Shown here in pieces: positions 56,598 through 64,000 of a stretch of 64,000 nucleotides of DNA. The notes under the pieces are model-generated. The model was not told where the DNA came from and did not search any database. It worked only from the letters and a program-made list of their open reading frames with translations. The stretch lies in NCBI GenBank assembly GCA_036845805.1, contig DAIUDD010000001.1, positions 103,594 to 167,593 on the forward strand, read 5' to 3'. A program made the translations under genes and the position numbers. Each line of letters starts with the position of its first letter. Position 1 is the first letter of the stretch. The stretch is from Patescibacteria group bacterium. Lineage in GTDB: Bacteria > Patescibacteriota > Patescibacteriia > UBA2196.

Positions 56598-57627
56598 TAT
56601 TTTCTTTGTTGGTCGCCAAGTAACGTCCTTCCGAACAAATATTGCACATAGCAATATTTTTTCTTTCTTTAAAAATTTCTTTTCTAAAATTTTTATATTT
56701 TTTCCCGTGCCAAATATTTTTAATTTTTTCTTGGCAAACATTGCCCATAATGTAATTCGAATATAAATCATAACAACACGGTACAACATTGCCATCGCAA
56801 TTTATTACCATTGAACTAAGAACTTGGGAACAAAAATTTGGTATTTCTCCTTTTAGTTTAAAAGTGCCATCGGCCATTTTTTCGTAACGCGTCAATGAGG
56901 CGTCAGACGGTAATAACTCTGCGGCCATTTTTTGAAAATCAGAATCATTAATATCAATCCCAGCTGTTTTTTCCGCATAAACATCAACCATAAGTTCGGC
57001 GGCTATTTGTTTCATTTTTTCCCTTTGATGTTCATTATGCTTCATTAAAATAAATTGTAATTCAATAATTGGAGTAGGGGAGCGTAATTGTTTTTTTAAA
57101 TTAATAATAGTTTGAAAACTTTTAATAATATGCTCAAAATTAGTATTAACTCTAAATTTTTTTAATGTCTCGTCATCGGCACCGTCTAAACAAATAATTA
57201 AATAATCTAAACCACTCATTATTAAATCTTGACAAAATTTTTCATCTTTAAAAAATTCCCCGTTCGTGCTGGTTTTAATATACAGCCCAGCCTCCTTAGC
57301 ATATTTTATCATCTCAATTATTTCCGGATGCATAAAAGGCTCGCCGTAGTTAAATAATACCAGTTTTTTAGTGTAACCGCGCAATTGATCAATTGTGTTT
57401 TTGTAATTTTCCAAACTCATCATGCCTTTAGGTCGGTTTAATTTTCCCGACCCAGTTGGGCATGTCGGACACTTCATGGTGCAGACATTAGTTGGTTCTA
57501 AAATTAAAGTTTCCGGTAACGGTGCCAGGTTTTTTTTAATCTTTAATTTATTTTTTATTTTATACCACAGCAAATCAATCTGACCCAATTGGATTAAATT
57601 AATTATTGGTTTTATTTTTTTAAACAT
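56587..57627 (-). CDS. Radical SAM/SPASM domain protein
   Basis: CTMKCPTC (CxxxCxxC). C-terminal CSQV...INCDGNVVPCCYDLY...CNICSEG SPASM-like cluster. Confidence 0.75.
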   Translation of the reverse strand: MFKKIKPIINLIQLGQIDLLWYKIKNKLKIKKNLAPLPETLILEPTNVCTMKCPTCPTGSGKLNRPKGMMSLENYKNTIDQLRGYTKKLVLFNYGEPFMHPEIIEMIKYAKEAGLYIKTSTNGEFFKDEKFCQDLIMSGLDYLIICLDGADDETLKKFRVNTNFEHIIKSFQTIINLKKQLRSPTPIIELQFILMKHNEHQREKMKQIAAELMVDVYAEKTAGIDINDSDFQKMAAELLPSDASLTRYEKMADGTFKLKGEIPNFCSQVLSSMVINCDGNVVPCCYDLYSNYIMGNVCQEKIKNIWHGKKYKNFRKEIFKERKNIAMCNICSEGRYLATNKENINV

Positions 57628-57631
57628 AATT

Positions 57632-58465
57632 TTACCATTGGTTTTCCTTACTTATTAATTTTTCTTGAGCTAAAATTTGTAGTTTTTTATCAGTCAACTT
57701 TAATCTATCCATTACTGGTTTATAACCTTCTTGCCATAAAGATTTCCAAACGGTATACACAAAACCAAAATAAGTTTTTTCTTGAGAAATGGCGTGTTTG
57801 ATTTTTTCTTGATCATGAAATTTAATCTGTCCAAAAGAGGGGTAATAATACACTTGCGTTCCATGAATTAAATTAGCCACCAAAGAAAAACCCATGTCAT
57901 CAGATTTTTTAAATTCTGGTGTCATATCTAGTATTCTTGGATGCATAACGATTGATTTACTAAACATGGAGATGCCCGGTCCAGCAGTGTCACAGATCAT
58001 TAAATCATTAATAATTTGCTGTCTAAAATTTACGTCTATTTTTAAAAAAGAATTTTCTTGGTATTTAGCCCACAAAGTGCACCAACACGACAAGATACTC
58101 TTGGTGGGTAAAGTTTGAAAAGTTTTCCACATTTTAAAAACAAAATTTTTATCTAACAATACAATGTCATCATCTAAAAAAAGCACGGTCTTATATTTTG
58201 CCATGGTCGCTAATTGATAACGGATTTGACAACGATAATTATAACTAGAATTAATAATCTTTATGTCAGAAAATTTTCTTATTCGTCGACCGATTTTAGT
58301 AAACAATGACGCACCAATAATTTTTTTGTTAAAATTATTACACAAGATGTATTCCACTTTTAAGTCATTTAAATTCTGGGCCAACAAACCATCTATTAAT
58401 GCGGTTAGGCCCTTTTTTCGATCATAAGTTAAAGTAATAATTGTTAAACCATTTTCTTGATTCAT
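57632..58465 (-). CDS. Glycosyltransferase family 2-like
   Basis: TIITLTYDRKKGLTALIDGL ... VLFLDDDIVL (DxD). Confidence 0.55.
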   Translation of the reverse strand: MNQENGLTIITLTYDRKKGLTALIDGLLAQNLNDLKVEYILCNNFNKKIIGASLFTKIGRRIRKFSDIKIINSSYNYRCQIRYQLATMAKYKTVLFLDDDIVLLDKNFVFKMWKTFQTLPTKSILSCWCTLWAKYQENSFLKIDVNFRQQIINDLMICDTAGPGISMFSKSIVMHPRILDMTPEFKKSDDMGFSLVANLIHGTQVYYYPSFGQIKFHDQEKIKHAISQEKTYFGFVYTVWKSLWQEGYKPVMDRLKLTDKKLQILAQEKLISKENQW

Positions 58466-59712
58466 ATTTTTTTAAAGTAATAATAATCAATAAAAATAAA
58501 AACAATCTGATGAGCAACGGTAGCTAAAATTGCTCCGGTGATTCCATAAATTGGTAATAAAATAAATAACCAAATTGCTTTTAAAAGTGGGTTAAGAATA
58601 TTGGTTAAATAAACCAATTTTTTCTCAGCATGAAGTAAGGTACCGATGCTTAAAAACCTTTCTGGAAAAAGAATTAAAACTAGGGTTAGATATTGAGCAT
58701 ATCGGACAGACTCTAAATATTGAGGAAAAAATATTTTATAAATATATGGCATTAATATAACAAAAATTACAATGGGAATAATTAAGATTAAGATAGCTTT
58801 AATAATCTTTAAAGGTAGTGTCTTTTTAATTATTTCTTTATTTTGTTCGGAAATCTTTGGCATCGAAATTGTTACTACCGATTTAAATAAAGACCTTAAT
58901 TGATTAACTGGGGCCAAAGCCATGGCATAAATAGCCAAAGCGGTTGCATCAAGATAGTGCCACATTAATAAACCGTCTAATTGAGTTACCAAATTTGCTA
59001 AAACACTAATTATCGTTAAGTGTTTGCCATAGTTAATAGCGGTCACATCAATTACGTTATTACCAACATATTTTTTAAAAGTAACTAATAAAAAAAATAC
59101 TCTGCCAAAAGTATAAAAGAATAAATAATTTAATAAAATTAAAAAAATATTATGCGTAAAAAATAAAGATATTAACATTGCCAAAGTTGCTAAAATTTTT
59201 ATCACCGCATTATATTTTGTTGTTTTGTCAAATCTTTTTTTGCCTTGCAAATAAGCATCAAAAACAGTTACGGAATCCATAAATGGTAAAAATAATCCCG
59301 CAATTAAAAAAACGAACATCAAAACATTGTTGTTTTGCCAGTAATAATAACCGGCTACTATTAAACATCCCAAAGCGCTTAAAATTCCCCAGGAAATCCT
59401 AGTTTTTAATGCTAATTTTAAAGTGCCATCTTCGTTTCTTGCCGCCGCTCTTAAAACAGCCGTATTAATACCGGCTAATGTCGGAATGGTCAGAATTGAT
59501 AAAACCGACAGAATATATTTATAAGTTCCGTATGTTTCTTTGGGTAATAAATTAGCAAAAGCAATTGCTAAAATAAACCCAGATGCCGCTGATATTATTT
59601 GCGCCACTGTCAGCCAAAAGCCACCCTGGGCCAAATAAACCATATCAGTCTTGGTACATTTTTCTGTACCACGCAATATTTTAATTACAATTAATTTAAT
59701 TTTTTTCCACAT
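58462..59712 (-). CDS. Oligosaccharide flippase (Wzx/MOP superfamily)
   Basis: About 12 TM helices. Size and hydropathy typical of polysaccharide biosynthesis flippases. Sits inside the glycan locus. Confidence 0.6.
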   Translation of the reverse strand: MWKKIKLIVIKILRGTEKCTKTDMVYLAQGGFWLTVAQIISAASGFILAIAFANLLPKETYGTYKYILSVLSILTIPTLAGINTAVLRAAARNEDGTLKLALKTRISWGILSALGCLIVAGYYYWQNNNVLMFVFLIAGLFLPFMDSVTVFDAYLQGKKRFDKTTKYNAVIKILATLAMLISLFFTHNIFLILLNYLFFYTFGRVFFLLVTFKKYVGNNVIDVTAINYGKHLTIISVLANLVTQLDGLLMWHYLDATALAIYAMALAPVNQLRSLFKSVVTISMPKISEQNKEIIKKTLPLKIIKAILILIIPIVIFVILMPYIYKIFFPQYLESVRYAQYLTLVLILFPERFLSIGTLLHAEKKLVYLTNILNPLLKAIWLFILLPIYGITGAILATVAHQIVFIFIDYYYFKKI

Positions 59713-60658
59713 ATTTTAATTCTACATTTAAAATAAAATCTAATGAATCTGTTAAAGAAAGTTTTGGTTGCCAATTTAACATTTTTTTTGCTTTTTTACA
59801 AGAACCATAAATTTTTGTTATTTTGCTTGAGTCGAACTCGTTTTTAAATTCAATTTGCCAACCATTTTTTTTTGCTCGTTTTTTTAATTTCTGACAGAAT
59901 TCACATATACTAACGGCGTGTCCGGAACACAAATTAAACACTTCGCCCGTGATCACTGACTTTTTATTCAATAAATAATAAAATTTAACTGCCTCGCGAA
60001 TATCTAAAAAATCACGAACATTATCTGGATTAAAAATTTTTACTATTGGATTTTTGCTTTTTTGTGTTTTAATCTGTTCCAAAATATTACCAATTAATAA
60101 TTTTTTCGGTGTACTCGGCCCAATTAAATTAAATGGCCTCACCAAATTAACCGCCGATCGATCTTTTACCGTTAAAAAAAAGTCACTTTGTTTTTTTTTG
60201 CTTAATCCATAATCATTATTTGGCTCAAGCAAACTTTTTTCTGTTATTGGATTTTTATTATTTACTCCATATTCAGCTGCGCTACCAATTAATAAAATCC
60301 TTGGTTGCTGGGGATAATTTTTGGCCGCTTTAAATAAATTTATTGTTGATTTATAATTTACATCAAGATATTTTTTAAATGAACTAGCTATAATCAAACC
60401 AGCTAAGTGATAAACGTAGTCTGGCTGATGTTTTTTAAAAACATTTTTCCAAACTTCAAATTTTGTCAAATCACCTTGATAATAAAAAATCCTCTCTCGT
60501 TCCAACCAATTTTTTTTTGTTTCTAAACCATAATCAAGATCTACCCCAACAACATACGCATCTTTTTCTTTATTCAAAATGTAATTAGCTAAAAAATTAC
60601 CAGATAATCCATTAATTCCGGTAATTAAATGACATTCTGTTTTTAATTTTTTAACCAT
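59696..60658 (-). CDS. NAD-dependent epimerase/dehydratase (GDP-mannose 4,6-dehydratase/Rmd-like)
   Basis: LITGINGLSGNFLANYIL resembles the GMD ITGITGQDGSYL motif. YGLSKK catalytic YxxxK. Confidence 0.65.
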   Translation of the reverse strand: MVKKLKTECHLITGINGLSGNFLANYILNKEKDAYVVGVDLDYGLETKKNWLERERIFYYQGDLTKFEVWKNVFKKHQPDYVYHLAGLIIASSFKKYLDVNYKSTINLFKAAKNYPQQPRILLIGSAAEYGVNNKNPITEKSLLEPNNDYGLSKKKQSDFFLTVKDRSAVNLVRPFNLIGPSTPKKLLIGNILEQIKTQKSKNPIVKIFNPDNVRDFLDIREAVKFYYLLNKKSVITGEVFNLCSGHAVSICEFCQKLKKRAKKNGWQIEFKNEFDSSKITKIYGSCKKAKKMLNWQPKLSLTDSLDFILNVELKYVEKN

Positions 60659-61555
60659 TTATTTATTTTTAAACCAATTAACGTAGCTAGTTAAATCACG
60701 TTCAAAATCAGTTTGTGGTTTAAAACCATTTTTTTGTGCCTTTTCTATGCCAGCACACAATCTTTTTATCTCACCCGGTCTGGCTGCCGTATGAATAATA
60801 TTTGATTTCGAGCCAGTAATTTTAATAACCATTTCCGCCAATTGGTTAATACTTATTGTTGCACCCGTGCCAAAATTTAATTCTTCGCCCCAAAGTTCAT
60901 TCTTTAATGAAAATTCATATGCCGCTAATGCGTCCTGAATATACATAAAATCTCTTTCTTGATTTCCATCACCAAAAATTTCTAAAGGCTCATTTTTTAA
61001 GGCTCGATTAATAAATTTGGGGATTACTGCCCCATAAATATCGCTATTTTGATACTCACCAAAAACATTAAAATTACGCTGAATAATTACTTTAGTGCCA
61101 TAAGTTGTAAAATACGATTTACATAATCTATCTGCGCCAGCTTTAGAAGCACCATAAGGTGAATGTGGATTTAATGCATGATCTTCATTCATTACTTCGC
61201 TTAATGATGAACCATAAATCTCCGAGGAAGAAGCATAAATCATTTTTTTATTTAATTTTGTGACTGCATCTAAAATATTAACCGTACCTTCAACATTAAC
61301 TGCCACTGTTTCTTGGGCTTGATCAATGGATTTATCAACATTAATTTGAGCAGCTAAATGAAAAACAACATCAGCCCATTCTACAAATTTATAAACGCTT
61401 GGATAATAACGCACATCAGCATATGCCGATTCAACAATTTGACCACACGGGTGACTAACATTATCAATTCCTTTAACCTCATAACCATTATTTAACATTT
61501 TTTTATGCAAATGCGAACCAATAAAACCCAAATTTCCGGTAATAAGAATTTTCAT
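60659..61555 (-). CDS. NAD-dependent sugar epimerase/dehydratase (extended SDR)
   Basis: ILITGNLGFIGSHL. YGASKAGAD. Confidence 0.75.
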   Translation of the reverse strand: MKILITGNLGFIGSHLHKKMLNNGYEVKGIDNVSHPCGQIVESAYADVRYYPSVYKFVEWADVVFHLAAQINVDKSIDQAQETVAVNVEGTVNILDAVTKLNKKMIYASSSEIYGSSLSEVMNEDHALNPHSPYGASKAGADRLCKSYFTTYGTKVIIQRNFNVFGEYQNSDIYGAVIPKFINRALKNEPLEIFGDGNQERDFMYIQDALAAYEFSLKNELWGEELNFGTGATISINQLAEMVIKITGSKSNIIHTAARPGEIKRLCAGIEKAQKNGFKPQTDFERDLTSYVNWFKNK

Positions 61556-61576
61556 AAAAAATAAATTAATTTATAA

Positions 61577-61643
61577 TTTTATAGTATCATAAACACCGCT
61601 TTTTGTCTATCTTTACTAATTTCTATTTTATGATACTATAAAT
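61577..61643. promoter_or_regulatory. Perfect 16-bp inverted repeat pair (TTTATAGTATCATAAA ... TTTATGATACTATAAA) in divergent promoter region
   Basis: Arms about 34 bp apart, centred between the divergently transcribed SDR genes 60659..61555 (-) and 61667..62635 (+). Confidence 0.35.
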
Positions 61644-61666
61644 TATAATAAAATAACAACTAATTT

Positions 61667-62635
61667 ATGATTAATTTTCCTTATCACCGCGCTCTGGTTA
61701 CTGGTGGCGCTGGTTTTATTGGCAGTCATATCGCGGAAGAACTTTTAAGCCTAGGGCTGGAAGTTATTAGTATTGATAATTATCTTTCTGGTAAAAGAGA
61801 AAATCTTAAAGATTTTTTAAGTAATTCGAAATTCAAAGAAGTTAATTGCGATGTGGTTAATTATGATGAATTAAAAAGATATTTTGATGGAGTAGATATT
61901 GTTTTTCACGAAGCTGCCTCTAAAAAAACCGTCTGTTTAAACGATCCTCGTCGTGATCTTGAAATTAATGCTAAGGGTACTTTTAACATTTTGGAATTAG
62001 CCCGTGATTTTGGCGTGAAAAAAGTTGTGCACGCTTCCACCGGGTCTGTTTATGGCGAAGCCATTTCCTATCCCCAAAATGAACATCACCCAGTTCATCC
62101 GACTTCTTATTATGGCGTTAGTAAATTGGCCGGTGAAAAATATGCCATGGCCTTTGCAAAATTATACAATCTAGATGTTACTGTTTTACGATATTTCCAT
62201 GTTTATGGACCACGCCAAGAGTATGCTGATGCTGGCGGAGTAGTTCCAATTTTTATTCGTCGAATTTTACAAAATCAGCCAATTTTAATTTTTGGCGATG
62301 GCACTCAACAACGTTCTTTCACTTATGTTAAAGACGTGGTTGCTGCTAACATCTTAGTCGCCACCTTACCGGAAACCAAAAACCAAGTTTATAATTGTGC
62401 TTCTGGTATTAAGGTTACTATTCAAGAACTGGCTGACAAAATTAAACAATCACTTGGTCGACGCGAACTGCCAATCGAATATAAAGATTGGGTTTTGGGT
62501 GATATTAAACTTTTTGATATTGATAATTCAAAATTAAAACAGCTTGGTTTTGAATTCAAAACTAACTTTGACAGTGGTTTATCTGAAACCATCTATTGGT
62601 TAAAAAAGAAATTTGAAAATGATTCATATGTATAA
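61667..62635 (+). CDS. NAD-dependent epimerase/dehydratase (UDP-sugar 4-epimerase / UDP-glucuronate decarboxylase-like)
   Basis: ALVTGGAGFIGSHIAEELL. YGVSKLAGE. Confidence 0.8.
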   Translation: MINFPYHRALVTGGAGFIGSHIAEELLSLGLEVISIDNYLSGKRENLKDFLSNSKFKEVNCDVVNYDELKRYFDGVDIVFHEAASKKTVCLNDPRRDLEINAKGTFNILELARDFGVKKVVHASTGSVYGEAISYPQNEHHPVHPTSYYGVSKLAGEKYAMAFAKLYNLDVTVLRYFHVYGPRQEYADAGGVVPIFIRRILQNQPILIFGDGTQQRSFTYVKDVVAANILVATLPETKNQVYNCASGIKVTIQELADKIKQSLGRRELPIEYKDWVLGDIKLFDIDNSKLKQLGFEFKTNFDSGLSETIYWLKKKFENDSYV

Positions 62636-63578
62636 AAATAAAACTATTGGTGTTAATGTGCCCGCATATAATGAGGAAAAATTAATTGGTAAAGTAATTA
62701 CTACTATGCCAGATTTTGTTGATAAAATAATAATTGTCAATGATTGTAGTACTGACAACACAAAAAATATTATAGAAAATTTTGCTGCTAGCGATCAACG
62801 AGTAGTTTTAATTAATCATCAAACCAACCAAGGTCTTGGCAAATCGTTAATTGATGGCTATTTAAAAAGTTTATCCTTAAACATGGATATCACCGTTGTT
62901 ATGGCGGGTGATGCACAAATGGATCCATTAGATTTGCCGGCCATTATTGAACCAATAGTAAACCAGGAGGCTGATTATACTAAGGGCAATCGTTTATTAG
63001 CACCCAACATTTCGCGCATCATGCCTACTTATCGTTTTATTGGTAATTCCTTTTTAACTTTATTAACTAAATTTGCCACCGGTTATTGGCACATTATTGA
63101 TCCGCAATCTGGTTATACTGCTATCAGTAAAACAGCATTAAATAAAATTAATATCTCTGCCATGACTCCTGGCTATGGTTACAATGCCGACCTTTTAACT
63201 ATGTTAAATATTGCCAATTTTAAAGTTAAAGATGTTGAGATTAAACCAATCTATGGCTCTGAAAAAAGCAAAATTAAAGTTGGTAAATATATTGTAAAAA
63301 TTTCCAAACTTTTAACCAAATTATTTTTTAAAAGAATGTGGCAAAAATATTTTGTGCGTGAATTTCATCCGCTTGTCTTTTTTTATTTTTTAAGTTTCAT
63401 TAATTTAATTCTCATTGCTTTGCCATTTTTTATTCGTTTTCTTTATCTCTACTTTAAACTGGGTATTGCTCCACAAACCACTTTAATTATCTTTGTCTTT
63501 ACCGCTACCATGGGTGTTTTCTCATTATTTTTTGGTATGTGGTTAGATATGGAAGACAATCGCCGTCTTAAATCATAA
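62613..63578 (+). CDS. Glycosyltransferase family 2 with C-terminal TM helices
   Basis: IGVNVPAYNEEKLI...IIIVNDCSTDNT...MAGDAQMD. Confidence 0.75.
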   Translation: MKMIHMYKNKTIGVNVPAYNEEKLIGKVITTMPDFVDKIIIVNDCSTDNTKNIIENFAASDQRVVLINHQTNQGLGKSLIDGYLKSLSLNMDITVVMAGDAQMDPLDLPAIIEPIVNQEADYTKGNRLLAPNISRIMPTYRFIGNSFLTLLTKFATGYWHIIDPQSGYTAISKTALNKINISAMTPGYGYNADLLTMLNIANFKVKDVEIKPIYGSEKSKIKVGKYIVKISKLLTKLFFKRMWQKYFVREFHPLVFFYFLSFINLILIALPFFIRFLYLYFKLGIAPQTTLIIFVFTATMGVFSLFFGMWLDMEDNRRLKS

Positions 63579-63589
63579 AATAAAAATTT

Positions 63590-64000
63590 ATGAATGCTAA
63601 TCCTAAAGATTATTTTCGTCACGGCATTTTTTTTAATCTCTATGGTTTATTTAAATATTTACCATCACCTTTGGGTGATGTTTTGCGTTATTTAATTATT
63701 AAAATTTTTATCAAAGAAATTGGTCGCGTGCGTATTTATGAAGGGGTTACCTTTTGGTACCCAGAGAGAATAAAAATAGGGGATAAGGTTACATTAAATG
63801 AATGGGTTTATTTAAATGGTTATGGTGGTTTAACAATTGAAGACGGAGTTAGAATTGGAGAACGCACTTCCATTATTACTTCTGATCACACTTTCGAAAA
63901 AAAAGATATTCCTATCTATCAACAAGCAATTATTGGCAGTCAAGTTATTATTGAAAAAAATGTCTGGATCGGTTGTCACGTTGTTATTCTAAAAGGTATT
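63590..64000 (+). CDS. Hexapeptide-repeat (left-handed beta-helix) acetyltransferase, 3' end outside window
   Basis: IKIGDKVTLNEWVYLNGYGGLTIEDGVRIGERTSI...IIGSQVIIEKNVWIGCHVVILKGI hexapeptide repeats. Open to the window end. Confidence 0.6.
   Translation, partial: MNANPKDYFRHGIFFNLYGLFKYLPSPLGDVLRYLIIKIFIKEIGRVRIYEGVTFWYPERIKIGDKVTLNEWVYLNGYGGLTIEDGVRIGERTSIITSDHTFEKKDIPIYQQAIIGSQVIIEKNVWIGCHVVILKGI

Noticed and set aside
1-64000. CRISPR arrays, IS elements/transposases, integrases, rRNA genes
   Set aside because: No direct-repeat/spacer periodicity, no transposase or recombinase motifs, and no rRNA-like conserved blocks were found on either strand.

Overview
Low-GC (about 30%) bacterial window with tightly packed operons that mostly use Shine-Dalgarno sites. 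Archaeal-type TyrRS, class II NrdJ, an N-terminally truncated MurF, a degenerate PriA and many glycosyltransferase (GT) genes suggest a reduced genome such as CPR/Patescibacteria. That taxon call is inference only.

- **1-5.3 kb:** 3' end of B12-dependent ribonucleotide reductase (nrdJ) followed by a corrinoid adenosyltransferase. Next is a DUF559 (Vsr-like endonuclease) gene flanked by palindromic hairpins. A four-tRNA island (Tyr, Ala, Thr, Trp) is interleaved with archaeal-type tyrS, a GC-elevated nucleoside-deoxyribosyltransferase-like gene, an rpmG (L33) gene absent from the ORF track, and queH.
- **5.5-20.2 kb:** one + strand operon of membrane/secreted proteins (TSP3-like Ca-binding tail, HtrA-like pseudoprotease with PDZ, CAP domain), a GH1 beta-glucosidase and murF. 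It continues into polyprenyl-phosphate-sugar glycosylation genes: GT-C (PMT/ArnT-like) transferases, one apparently frameshifted, plus a Dpm1/Ppm1-like GT2 synthase.
- **20.3-20.7 kb:** RNase P RNA (rnpB) with a consensus promoter.
- **23.5-25.0 kb:** an ORF-sized island of about 50% GC encoding a secreted protein with a canonical type IX secretion (T9SS) C-terminal sorting domain. It is foreign-looking and is the most striking anomaly.
- **25.1-28.5 kb:** def, a PriA homologue lacking Walker A/B motifs, and gap.
- **28.6-64 kb:** a roughly 36 kb surface-glycan locus. It holds at least ten GT4 and four GT2 genes, a GT-C with GtrA, a Wzx-like flippase, four SDR sugar epimerase/dehydratases, a tri-domain SDR-RmlD-RmlC fusion, a sugar C-methyltransferase, AsnB, a carbamoyltransferase/DUF5989-like/SGNH module, a B12-binding radical SAM enzyme, two radical SAM/SPASM enzymes and a partial hexapeptide acetyltransferase.

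No CRISPR array, rRNA or transposase was seen.
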